Assembly (NCBI GenBank): GCA_976551045.1 | Contig: CDPCPM010000060.1 | Location: 26,412,001-26,476,000, forward strand | Length of the DNA: 64,000 nt | Direction of reading: 5' to 3' | From: Glaucostegus cemiculus | Taxonomy: Eukaryota | Part shown: positions 50,282 through 63,451 of the stretch, one piece after another | How positions within the stretch are numbered: position 1 is the first letter of the stretch | How the letters are laid out: every line of letters begins with the position of its first letter | Position numbers and translations under genes: made by a program | The notes under the pieces: model-generated | What the model was told of the DNA's origin: nothing | What the model saw: only the letters and a program-made list of their open reading frames with translations | Database searches by the model: none

Positions 50282-53200
50282 GTGAGTTTACTTGTCCTTC
50301 TATTTTGTTTATTGCATTTTGAGGATCTTGTTTCACATTTTTCTCAATCGCGAGCAAAGAAACCCCTCTTTGATTTCCCATCTATGATTTATTGCACAAC
50401 TCCGATTTAGCAAACATTATTTTAACACTTTAACGAGATTGGAAGGTTGTTTTGAAATACGGCTTTGTGCACATGAGTGATCTTCCAGGAAAAATATATA
50501 ATACCAGAGAATCTTCAGGAATTGAATGGGAATTTAGCTCTGTTCACGGCCGTGGTGTTAAACCGTTCGCTCGTCTTAACTTGTAGAGTGTTTTTATTCC
50601 AATCTTCCATTCAATAAATCATTTATTCTCTGCTCGGTTTGCATAATAGCTACCGATTTATTTTAATCGGATTCGGCAGTAACACGTCCGTCTATTTTAA
50701 CAACAAATTAAATAAATTTCTGTAAGAGAATTTAGTAAAATTCCCTTCAGCAAATGTAACCCGGGCTTGGGAGCGGACCGGCGATGTATCTGAGATGTTG
50801 TAACGTGGGCTTGTCTAACGTCACTTTTTCAGCATGTTTGTAAGTAGTTGATGTTTATTAACGATAAGAAAGAGCAAAATAAGTCACTTTAGGCCAAAGC
50901 TTGTTGTTTGATGAAGATGCAATGACCCGATGATGCATTGTGTCAGTTTGAATTAAGCAATCAGCCGATTCATTAGGGCCGTTTGCACAGTGTTTTCCAA
51001 CTCATCATAACTCTGTACAAACGTTAGGATTTGTTTAAAATCTCGAAATTAACGTGCTTCGCCGTCTCGGGGATTAATGTTCAGCGAGCTAGCACCAAAC
51101 TGCACGTGTCCATGTTAAAACACAAATTAATTGGAAAAAAAACTGCTTCCCTTTTCCAATGCGGTTCCCTGAAATTATTCCATAAATATTACCCTCTTCG
51201 TTGCCTGGTTATTATAAACTTTGTTTAATTTAGAGAAAGTAATTCACTGACAATTAAAATATCGCATAGGCCGGCGAAAGAAAAAAATATCCGAGTTTGT
51301 GATATATTTTTCGGGGCGTCAATAATTCATGCTGGTAATTTAGATCCAAAATATCATTTGAAATTCAGATCCAATGAGAAGAACCAGTAGGACATTTAGC
51401 GCCTAAAGGACAGAACTTTACAAATCTTTTTATAAACTAACTACTCCATATCCAGATTCATTAATACTGCCGCACCGCGCAGTCTACTATACACGTTGGA
51501 AAGCGATCAGTGCAGATTTCTCTGTAAAATGGGTACAAATATTTCTGCTGCTAACTGCAAGCACCTTTACGGTCAAAAACTGGGAAATAGCAACGCGAGA
51601 GGAAATGATATACAAACCCGGGTTAAAATGAAACTATGTGTAAGGCCGCTTGTTTTTGTAGAATTTCCGAGTGTAAATATTTGTTTCAAAAGTCAGGAAT
51701 GGAAATAGGTATCGCCGTGGTCTTACGTCGGTTGCGGTGCGCCTATGTTGTGTAGTTGAGTAGTTCACAATATATACCCTCGGCCAGCCGTGAGCAGTTG
51801 AGCTGCTGAAACAGAGTGACAGTTTGGATCGAAATCGGCAGCAAGGCAGGACGAGGAAGATCACAATCGGTAGATTTGACGCCCTGCCGTTCGGCGTAAA
51901 AAAAAATGAAAGGCGGGGAGGGGGGGGCGGTTAGGGACAGAACTCTCCGGCCGGGCCTTTGAGAAACAACTGCTTGATCAGCACTTGTTTTTATCTGTGC
52001 ACCGACTAGACAATAGTAAACAGTGGGCTTAAAATACTGCCCAGAAATAGATCAGCGCTTCATCCGCTACTGATTACATTTTCTATTATTTAAAACTACA
52101 ATTTGATAAGGCTGTAAAACAGCGTGTGAAATTTTCAGAAAGTGATAAATTGCTTTTTGCAATCCGGCTAATTAGGAAGGCACTTCGAACGCTGGGGGAA
52201 AAAATCCATCATAGTTGAAAGAAAGCATTTTTTTATTGTATATGTGTGTTGATCAAATGTTGCAAACACACCAGCCACTTCTTAAACGGAGGAGAGACAA
52301 ATGGTCGTTCTTGAAGTCTCCCGGGCAGCGACGGCTTTTTCTAGCCTCAGTTGGAGAAGTTAAGCGCCCGGGCACCGCTTTCTCGCTGACTTCTCTGGGT
52401 AATCAGGTAGCCAGCCTTGGCTGTTGTAAATATTTACGCAGAGGAGTCTGCATGCTGGGAGAAAGTGTTTGTTTGAAGTTTATTTTTTTTTTGTGAGTGT
52501 GTGCGTGCAGGAATAGATAACAAAGCTAGTCTATAAATTATTTTCCGCTGGTTTGTAATGAATAGAATGAAGAGGGGTGGGAGGGAAAGCGAGCATCCAG
52601 GAATTTGGGTTGGGATAGACTAGTGGGGGGGAAACAATATGCATCATGCGTACGGTAGCAAAGGAAACAGAATAAAGTATTTCGAAAAAGAGAAGGTAAA
52701 AAAAAAGAAAATGAAAGCTGGTCCATTTCGTTATTGTACCCCGCTTTTAGCAAACCCCTTCAATAGAACCTTTATTGTGAATGTCTCTTCGCAATTGAGC
52801 GCCCCACCGAGCTGTTGTATCTTTATACAACCCGTACCAGCAACACAATTACCTCCAGATACTCATAACAGAAATTACTTGCTTTAATTCTGGAGGGGGC
52901 TGGTGAGTGGGGGGGGGGGGGGAGAAGCGAGAGAGGAAAACAAAAGAAAATAATAATTCTACTCAGTGACTGTTCGGTGTTGGAAGTTGAAAGTCTTGAA
53001 GAGCGCGCTGCGTTTAGCTGGACGCTGTGTTGCTGGTTGGGGAGTCCGGGAGGGAGGGGCAGCCGGAGGGTCGGGGAGGAGAGGGGGGGTGTCGGGTGCA
53101 TGCTCGATGGGTATGGGCTGTAAGCAGAATAGAGAGCATTGTTCACTTTCTGTAGTCTTTGTCGATCAGTTCTGACCCCCTCCCGTTACTACTTTTTAAG

Positions 53201-54008
53201 CAACAAGACGCGGTAGACAGCGTGTGTCAGAGTACCTCAGTATAAAGAAGACCTAAAGACCGGGAAGAAAGTTAATCATGAGTAACTAAGTTCAAAAGTG
53301 CGTTATGGTGTACAGTACCTTAAGACCTTTTTGTTGTGAATGCAAAGAATGCGCAGGACAAAAACTGTCCGAATTAAACTGTACAGAATAACATACAGTA
53401 ATATCCGCAGCAAAATCCCTCAAGTTTTTGTTTCTCTCGTCCAAACCGGGCGCCAACAATTGAGTTTAAATATATTTTAAGGGAATTAAAATGAGACGAC
53501 TTTCCGCCCACACTCGTGTCGTTATTACACAGTATTATTGCACCAGGCAGGTTCACCAGCAACAAATTGAAGTCATTAGCACGAGCTTACTGCCCGACCA
53601 CTCTCAAAAACAAGAAACAAGAACCCCGTGTGTGGAGGCAAAGTACTTTCGGATGGGCATCTGTCGAAATTCTTGAATTGAATAAAATGGGTCTTTCACT
53701 GTTCCCCATGCAAGGGGGGAATTCGAGCGGAAATCCTTAGCGCCTCTTCAAAGCAAGTAATATGCAAAAAGGAAAAAAAAACTTTCAATAAGGATGGTAC
53801 ATTGTCTTAAAAGAACCAGACCCCATTGCAAACTTTACGCTTCCCGTAGCCAAGGCCAAACACCTACAAACCGTCGAAATGTTACCGAGTGATCTGACAC
53901 CTCAAATGATCTAAATAGGGAAACTCACGAAATTGCACCGATTATATATAGTGTATTAAAACAACTTCCTGGTTACCGTAATAAACTTTTTTTTTGCTTT
54001 TTCCATAG

Positions 54009-54072
54009 AGGGAAGACTTTAACTAGTGGTAAACAGATGTCTGTGGTCACAGATTGCCAACACAGCTTTCAG
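54009..54072 (+). other. PAX6: Pax6 non-coding exon 3
   Basis: Long T tract plus ccatag acceptor, cag|gtacgt donor. Begins AGGGAAGACTTTAACTAG, matching the recalled human exon 3 start GGGGAAGACTTTAACTAG. Confidence 0.9.
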
Positions 54073-54330
54073 GTACGTTCTACATATCAGTGTTTTCATT
54101 ATCCGAGTAGAATTTAATTACTGAAGTTTCCTTTAATATCAGAAAACGACTATTTTGTGCTGAAGTTTGTACTTTACAATTTGGCCTTTTTTTCTATTTC
54201 TACATTACATGTTTAGTCCATTTCAATGTGTTCTCTTAGTGGAGAATTTTAAAGTTAGATTTGGGAAAAGTTTGTGGAGTTACCACGGTTGTGACACTGC
54301 CTGATTAACGCATACTTTTATTACTGATAG

Positions 54331-54375
54331 AGCACGATAAACAAACCACGTGGGACACTGGTGTAACAATTCAAC
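54331..54375 (+). other. PAX6: Pax6 exon 4, 5' UTR part
   Basis: Acceptor ttttattactgatag at 54330, 45 nt before the ATG; similar in size to the human exon 4 UTR. Confidence 0.85.
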
Positions 54376-54385
54376 ATGCAGAACA
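54376..54385 (+). CDS. PAX6: Pax6 exon 4 coding part (start codon, M-Q-N-S split)
   Basis: ATGCAGAACA followed by donor gtaagt at 54386. Joins exon 5 (A|GT CAC AGT GGA GTG) to give [13 protein letters not shown], the canonical Pax6 N-terminus. Confidence 0.96.
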
Positions 54386-56139
54386 GTAAGTGAAGCTACG
54401 CCAACCTATATCAATCACTAGATAAATATCAAATATTAATGTACATGCCAGGAACAGGGCGTTCTTCTTGTAATTCAAGGGTTAAAGACAAGTATGCAGT
54501 TTCCATTATTAATAATAATTGTATAAAAAGCTGCACAGCCGGGCCTTCTCAGATTTTTAGCTTCAGTGGTTAAAGTAAAGATTGCTGGGATACCATTATC
54601 GTAACTATCGTTAAGTGACTGTGTGTGAACGGTTACTAGCTATCTGCTGTCCATGTGTGTCTGGTTAAACCAGCAAAAATTACTATCTGAATTTACTAAC
54701 CAGTTGAATAGAAAACGATAGCTGATCACGTCAATTGTCTACCATTTCTTATTTTGTAAGGACACTTGATATAAGCAGCTCTTGTTTTCTCGAACTCCAC
54801 GGTGGGATTGAATTGGAAACTTCAAATGCTTGTGCGCTCTTTGTTCACGTCTAATCACGGTCGCTTTCCGTCAGAATACCTATAATATTTAATCTCCAGC
54901 GTTTGCTGCAAATCTCACCCCTCCCGCCAAGAAACTCTCCTATTATTTCCGTTTATGGGAAATTACATTAGTTGCTAAGTAAGAGAACGCCTCCAAAAAG
55001 TGCCATCAAAATAACCACTGATCAAGAAGGTGTAAATATAAACTCGGACACTTTTTGTTAATCTTAATGGGATTAATTGAAATGGGATGTGTGTGTATTA
55101 TCGAGTAAACTGTTGTGCGAATCGCTGAGTAGATATCATTCGGGTGAAGCTTGTAGTTTGTCTAAAGGTCGCGTCGGGCTCTGCGGGCTTTGTGCTAATA
55201 ACTCCTGGGTGTATATGCCGCATAGCATCCAAATTGTCACCATATGTTTTCGTATTAGATGACTCGCAATAGAATACAGGGCGCATAATCATTGCCACTG
55301 GGCGATTGCTTCCCGTCTAAGCACGGAGATTAATACCGTGATTAAGATGCACTTTATTTAAAAAAATGTACAGTTTGCACCAACGGTACGATCCTATCTA
55401 CCTCTCTTTTAAAAATTAAAGCCCGGAAATTAGCAGGTGGGGTGTGGGGGAGGGGACTGGATGGGGTATTGCAAAGGCCTTAGTGTTTGTTAGTCAGTGT
55501 AAGGTATACCACTTAATATACAGAGAGCCTTTTGATAGGGAATTGGATACTCCCTCATCTTGTTGGGCGTCAGTAGCCCAGGTAGACGAAGCTGCCGGTT
55601 TTGTTTGAAAGATTCACACCTATTGCTGTTCTTTCAGAATGCTAAGCTTCTTTCAGGCGCGGTGTTCTGTTTGGTTGTGCGGTTTGAGAATTTATTTTTT
55701 GTTAATTACCGATAATATAGTTAAAACACTGATACGTCAGATGTGTGTGAAAACAGTGCCGAGGGTCTATTAGCCTTTAATAGATTTCCCATAGATAACT
55801 ATTATTAATCCTAAATTTGATTTTTTTGAGCGTTTGCCCAGATGTAGGAGGATTAAAAGTGGAATTTTGTTCACTTGGTTCTAATCAACGAAACAATGTT
55901 AAAGCACGCAAGGCGCACAAAGGGCTAGAAATAAGTATTGTACATACTTTTTTTTAAAAAAGAAAGTAAATCTCCTTACATTTGTATTTAAAAAAAAACA
56001 AAATCAAATGGCTTGTGCATCTCAGAACTGGACTGAATTAAGTAGGGCGCGCGTCCCCGGCGTCGTGACCGCGCCTTGCCCCAAAGCAACCTTAAAATGA
56101 AGCCTTCCTTTAAGGGTAATAAGCACGGAGCAATACACT

Positions 56140-56425
56140 ATGAATGATATACAAATGCGGACAGAAAGGGACGTTTTATCATGATACTATTTGTCGTGAC
56201 GATGCGATTTTCAAAGTGGAACCGTGTCATAAAGTGACATGCCTGCCACAAGTGTTTGCGACGGATCTTTTCAATTACCCTTCCGTGCGCTATCCAGGGA
56301 GACTTCCGCTTATTTCTAGAAATTAAGCTCAAAGTTGACGTGCAGCTTGCTTGATTTTCGAGACAAATGTCACCAAAGCTCATCATTTTCCCTCCTATAT
56401 TCAGAGCTTATTTATGGCTAAGTGA
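56140..56425 (+). promoter_or_regulatory. Intron-4 alpha enhancer / neuroretina element and exon alpha region
   Basis: AAAGTGACATGCCTGCCACAAGTG...GACTTCCGC.TATTTC.AGAAATTAAGCTCAAA.TTGACGTGCAGCT...GACAAATGTCA...GAGCTTATTTAT.GCTAAG matches the recalled human alpha region; located between exons 4 and 5. Confidence 0.85.
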
Positions 56426-56897
56426 CTGGGCTTTTTGGAGCCAATTTAGCAGGCGTTCCCAGGGAGAGGAGAACAGGTTCACCCACAGCTTCCTCCGGGG
56501 ACACAGTGGCAGCTGAGGTCCAGTTTCAGAGTCTTCACAGGCTTACGGTTACTGCCCCCATTTCTGTTTGTAATAAGCAAATGAAATGGCTTGCGTTCGG
56601 AGTGTGGACGCCCGTTGTAATTTCGGGAAAATAGTGCGTTGCTTGCAATGTTAGCTTGAGATGAGTTTGCGAAAGAGAGTTTGCGGTAAATTGTTAGCTG
56701 AATCGCTCGATTAAGTGCCCTCTCGTCCGCTTTGCCGAAACAAAATGTTGCTTGTGTTGGCTCTCTGCTTTTAATGTGGTGGTTGGGTCGATTTAGTCCA
56801 TTGCGGTTTTTTTTCCGGTTTAGGCAACTAAACCGGCGCCTTCTTTGCTGATCAGGTATTCTGTTTTGATTGGCAGTTTTTGTGTTTAGAGCGATAG

Positions 56898-57269
<372 letters not shown>

Positions 57270-57568
57270 TGAAACAGTTTTTAGAAAGGGGTTTTCTACA
57301 ATCCAAAAATGCTTCCTACAAATTACATTCGTACCTTCAAAGTAATTTCTTTCCGAATTGGCAAACAAGCAAGAAATTATCTTGAATTGATTGTAAAATG
57401 GTAACATTCCCCCTGCCATTTAAGGGTTTATTTTTGTATTGTAGACCCAATGTTGAAGCAAAACAAAATTAAGTTTGAAACTTTTTTTTCATAACTTTGG
57501 CACACGCCAAATTGATGCAATATTGGTACGTTTCCCTTTGCCATTTAAGGTATATTTTTGTATTGTAG

Positions 57569-57610
57569 ACCCAAACTGATGCAAAAGTCCAAGTAGTGGA
57601 TAATCGAAAA
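57569..57610 (+). CDS. PAX6: Pax6 alternative exon 5a (14-aa paired-domain insertion)
   Basis: tttttgtattgtag acceptor, gtaagc donor, 42 bp, phase 0. Translates TQTDAKVQVVDNRK, against recalled human THADAKVQVLDNQN. Confidence 0.95.
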
Positions 57611-57741
57611 GTAAGCTCAACGTTGTTTAACTATATTTAAATATCTACATAAATATATATTATAAAACAAAAAATGCCATTTCACATGTTAAACGTTCTT
57701 TGATATATTTGGCTTCCATTTATTCTTATGTGTATATATAG

Positions 57742-57975
<234 letters not shown>

Positions 57976-58148
57976 TAACTTTAACGGAGGGAATAGTGTA
58001 TTTATTACCACCAACGAGTGCACACATAAAAATAAACACTCTGTTTGACATGGACCATTTTTTAGTATATGTGTGGTTTAATTAACAAGAGGACCGGAGC
58101 TAAGGGGTAAACTCCAGATCCCACAAACGTCGTTTTCCCCCCCAATAA

Positions 58149-58508
58149 ATCGTTGACCAAGTTTAATTAATGCATTTGAATTGGCACAGAATTCTAACTG
58201 AAGTTACAACAAGGATTTCTGACGAATTTTACCTCACAGAACACTTTAAATGAACGTTTAAAAATCCATCTTCAAAAGCTAAACACGCAACGATGTGAAA
58301 TGAAATTATTTAATCCAGCGAAATTCTAATCGTTTTGTAATGCTGATCCCAGTAATTATTTTCAAGATTTATTTTAGATTTGGTAGTTAGTTGGTGAAGG
58401 TGCGTACAAAGCTCACTGTGCACTTTTTAATCCAACAGAATCAATTGTTGTACCTTCAGTTACAATTCTGTGCCAATTCACATGCATTAATTAAACTTGG
58501 TCAACGAT
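58149..58508. repeat. 64-bp inverted repeat in intron 6
   Basis: Arms 58149-58212 and 58445-58508 are reverse complements with 3 mismatches. Confidence 0.95.
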
Positions 58509-58781
58509 GCTTGCGGTTTATTTAATTTTGGAATGCTAATTGATATAAATGATTGTTTAGTTACGCAAGTTTTTAAGGATATACTTCACTTAACCACAAA
58601 GTCTGAAGAATCCCTGATCTTAATATGTAATCATTTTCATAGATCAATTGATACTGATTAGACGGCCATAATTCTTGCATGTTAATTTTCTTCTATTTTT
58701 GGTATAAACTCCAAATTATTCTCCTTCATCTTTGATTTTCGACATCCAAACTGCTGCTGTTAAGGGGGAAACGATATTTAA

Positions 58782-59027
<246 letters not shown>

Positions 59028-60599
59028 TAGTCCAGCATTCCTAAATGTACCAGATTAGAAAATCTCGCAGTCAGGTATTCAGATATTTCGTTAAGGCGAG
59101 CTGCTAAGCAGATGACCCAAACCAGGCCACACCAGACGGTTCAAGTAGACCTTATTCAACAAGCCTTTAACGATAATCATTCGTTTTCTGTGGAATGTGT
59201 TTCTCATCTGCTCCCACTGCCAAGGTTCAGTGGAATGCAAAGACCTTCTGTTTTTTTCCTTGAAGTAAATGTGTATTGGTATTGGTTTCATTCATTGTGT
59301 GCATTCGGGTAATCAGCTAACACACGTGAGAGGAGAAATTCGGACAACCAAGTAATAGAAATCAAACCAAAGGACGCCTTTTTTTTCTATTCTGTGCATA
59401 GTCGTTCCTGAACCCATAAATTAATTTGTACCCAGGAAGATTTCTGAGCATTGAAACTATCCGACGCATGACACGGGCAAATCACGTACTCGCTCCAAGC
59501 GGCGGGGACGGTCTTGCTATAAATGCAACGTTTGCATTGCGCCTTTTACTGGGGCAACCCCACGCCCATGCACTGAGCGGGACAACACTTCGTTCCCCAT
59601 AGGTGAATCACTCAAATTATCTCGACCATGCCGTCCTGTCGCGCTCGTTCCCGACTCAATTTCGGACGACTATGAGAATTAATGCGCGGCACAGCTTCAT
59701 AGCCCGGGACCTCCAGAGACCGAGTGGTGTGGCACCTCTGTTGGATTTGCCCTCCCATTTATTTGGCCAAAGGTCTACCTCCTTCGTCCCAATCTTAAAC
59801 TATCACTCACCATGCCCCCAATACATTTCGATGATGTTCAATAACTAGGTCGAATTTTTAATACGAGAAGCCTGATTCACTCCTTGGACACCTTAAGTTT
59901 CATATTTCTTTTTTATATTTCAATTTAAAACGATAAGAAGCAAGTTAAAGTGCGTGTCAGTGCTGATAATACGTCTCAAGTGTCGTAACTAGAACGGGAA
60001 TTGGAACAACAATGAAGGGAAAGGGGTTACGCGGCGCGGTGAAATCCCAGATAGGTTAGAAGAAGGTATTAGTTTAAAGTCTGTTCATTGGTGAATGGGC
60101 TTATCCGTGAATACTTTGCCGGAAGGTTAAGAGATACAGGAATCATAGTTGGCGAGGACCGGAGGGAGAAAATGCCTAGTGCAAATTTATCTAAGTAATC
60201 TTTTCTGTTCACACAATGACCCGGTTGACAGTGCAAGAGCGAAGCAGCTTAAGACATAGGCAGCTCCCGGGACAGACATTCTGAAAAAAAGAATAACCTG
60301 GTTGTATTTTTAAATACAGTGCACGGTGCAAGTGTGTCCCTTAAACTAAACTAAATTCCAATATCTGAGAAACACTGCAAGTAAACGGGCTACAGTGGGC
60401 AAAAGAGTTTACATTATCGGGCGTAACTTTCTTCGCTCGATGCCAACTGCGTGGCTGACGTGGTTCATGTTTAAGGTTAGCCGATGTTTATTATCGCGAT
60501 AGCAGCGAGATAATGTGAAGTATAATTGGAAGTGATGTTACTCGCTGGGTTGGAGGGGAGGGAGGTGGGGTGGGGGGGCAGTGGGGAAGAGAGGCCGGC

Positions 60600-60840
60600 G
60601 AGTGAAGCATTTTCTCAATCTTGTGTGTCATTAGTGAGCTTGTGAGTGACAGTCACCAGCCTCGGAGGAGGTGTCCCGTACACAACCTGCTTTTTGTTCA
60701 CAGATTCAGCAACAGTGTGCGGAATATATTGTACAAAGGATGTTTCTGCCACACGCAAGAATTTGTTATGGGAACAATTCTGTCGCTATGTAATTGCTCA
60801 TTAGAGAGCGTTTTGTTTCTCATTAAGCAACATGAATAAG
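60600..60840. promoter_or_regulatory. Candidate intron-7 conserved element (7CE-type)
   Basis: Repeat-free, with TGTCATTA, TGACAG and TTTGTT motifs, in intron 7 where conserved CNS/eye enhancers are known. Specific identity not confirmed. Confidence 0.4.
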
Positions 60841-62209
60841 CGTCTAGTTCTAGGAGACAGCTGTAGAAATGTTACACATGAGACCCCCGGACACCATATC
60901 GCACCACTTGCCAATTAGACATGTCAGCTTTCTGAGAAGCAAACAATATAAGAAGGGCACTAAAAGATACACAGCAGCGGATTGCTTTCTGTAAAATACC
61001 CCCAGCTTGTTATAGCACCCTTAATGAAGCTATCGACGCAACTAACAACGAATGTATTGCAACACAGGGGCGCTTCAAAAGTCCAGAGACCAAACTTCTA
61101 AACAACTTGAACTCGCCACTCGTCCCAGTGAAGAACAAACAAACCTGGGAACGTAACCATTGCTGAAAGAATGGGTAACGGGGGGCTTAGAGCAGGAGTA
61201 CAGTTAGTTCTGGAGCCTTGAGCACTTCTAGATGTAAAGCGGCGATGTAGTGGATCGGGGGAAGCCAATATAAACCAAATAACTGTTTCTTGCATTCAAC
61301 GCATTTTTAATTCCACAACCTTGGGCCTTTTATTTAAATCCTTCGTTTCTATGATACTTACTGTATAACCCGCTGTGAATTATATGTAGGATAGACACGG
61401 GTCACTGGTTGGTGTAATTTCAATAAATTGTTGGGTAAGGCGATTATTTTTTTTGAATAAAATGACACTTTAAGGTACTACTTTCGCTTAATGCAAAATA
61501 GGAGCCAAATTGCGTTTATTCTATAGGTCAAGATTTAAATCACGAACAGAAGTCATTTTCAATGTTTTTTTCCGTCCCCATGATGTGTTTACGTGCAGGG
61601 TTAGGGCCCGTATTGGTGGGCCATCAACGCGAAGTGACTGTTAAGGCTGTCTAGATATTTTAGGAGAATTATGTTGATTGGAATCCCTAGGGATAGCTAG
61701 GGAAATCCAAACTTGTTTACTGCAATTATACGGTAATGATGTCGGTGGAGGTGGGATTTGCTTGACAGTCGCCTTAAGTAGTTGGGACCGTACGGGCCGC
61801 GGGGAGAGTCAGCCCGAGGTTTCACTGCCCTGTATTCCAACCCTGGCTGACTGTTTACTAGATATACCCTCCGACACAACCTAATGGGCCACTTCGGGCC
61901 TTAAAAAAATCCGCATAACACAGAAATATTCTTCACACAATGTATATTGACAGAGTGGAATCAGAGAGTCAGATGGCGCAGGAAGATCTCGTTCAATGTC
62001 TCTCTTTGAGGCGTCCTATTTGATCGTAGATTTGGAAAGAAGGGATTTCTCTCTCTCGTCCGTTGCTTTCTTTTTTAAGCATTGTAATGTAGGCAATGTT
62101 ACACTGCAGTCAAGTTAATAAAACAGATGATCTGGTCGCTATTCACACTGTTGTGTATGGGAGCTTGCTGTGCGTAAATTGGCTTCCACCAGCAACAGCG
62201 ATTCCAGTT

Positions 62210-62355
62210 CATAGAACATAGAACAGTACAGGCCCTTCGGCCCACAATGTTGTGCCGACATTTTATCCTGCTCTAAGATCTATCTAACCCTTCCCTCCCA
62301 CATCGCCCCCCCCCCCAATTCCCCTATCATTCATGTGGCGATCTAAGAGTCTATC
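62210..62355 (-). mobile_element. CR1 3' tail inserted into a DeuSINE-like element in intron 7
   Basis: CATAGAACATAGAACAGTACAGGCCCTTCGGCCCACA is a reversed CR1 end; flanks 62120-62209 and 62365-62440 resemble the DeuSINE-like family. Confidence 0.65.
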
Positions 62356-62629
62356 TCACTCTTATAAGAAGAACTTTATTGACGGCAAAGTGACTTGGGA
62401 TAGCGGAGGCACAGAAAGGATGCTGCATTACTGCCAGTCCTTCGTTTATTGGATTGAGCTTGCCAGCCCCAATCTTGAAGTGTAATCATTATGTTCTTTT
62501 CGACATTAAGCAGAAACCGGATTACATTACCAGTGGTAGTTGGATTTGTCTCCGAGCCGTTTTAAGCAGTAAAGCTTCCCCTATCATCTGTTAGAAGATA
62601 TCACTCCCTGGGATTATCACAAACCTAAA

Positions 62630-62900
62630 TTTTACCAATTTAAAAATAAATCGATCTTAATCGCATTATCAATTTCGACCATTAACTTTCCTTTAGCGAA
62701 GGTAACTTGTAACGCCAATAGGTAATGACACTCTCTCCAGGAGCTAGACTCCGCTAAATAGTCTGAGGAAATTTTGAATTTGGCCTATTAGCCGCATCAA
62801 AATGACAGCGAAGTAAACGAAATAACCAGAAAATTGAAACAATTTAGCCGATAAAACCATAAAGAAATTTTGATTCGTTTCCTGCTTATTAAATATTTTA
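62630..62900. promoter_or_regulatory. Second candidate intron-7 conserved element
   Basis: Unique, homeodomain-motif-rich stretch between two repeats (TTAATCG, CATTA, TAATGACA, TGACAG). Inference. Confidence 0.3.
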
Positions 62901-63175
62901 AAGATTATCCCTCTGGCCAGTTTGGTTCCACTATAATCCGAAGTTTTCTGAACTTCTATTACATTCTGGTGGAGTGAGACTTCGTTGTATTACATCGCCA
63001 GGCGCTTTGTCAATGACCAACGCACTGGACGTTAAGAAGTGAAACATTCACCGATTTAATATTATTTCCTGCCCGTGAATTAGGGTAAGCAGCTGCAAAC
63101 GAACTTTTACAAGAAATCAAACTTGAGTTGGAGGCTTCTCCATTATTTCAATTAGCCAAGCCATGCGTGTAATAT

Positions 63176-63451
63176 TAAGATATCTTCATTAGTCACATGT
63201 ACATCGACACACAGAGTGAAATGCATCTTTTGCGTCGAGTGTGCTGGGGGCAGCCCGCAAGTGTCGCCATGCTTCCAGCGCCAACATAGCATGCCCACAA
63301 CTTCCTAACCTGTACATCTTTGGAATGTGGGAAGAAACCGGAGCACCCGGAGGAAACCCACGCAGACACGGGGGAGAACGTACAAACTCCTTACAGGCAG
63401 CGGCCGGAATTGAACCCGGGTCGCTGGCGCTGTAAAGCGTTATGCTAACCG
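63176..63451 (-). mobile_element. V-SINE (Rex/Babar-like tail) in intron 7
   Basis: Aligns end to end with 26818-27099. Confidence 0.9.
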
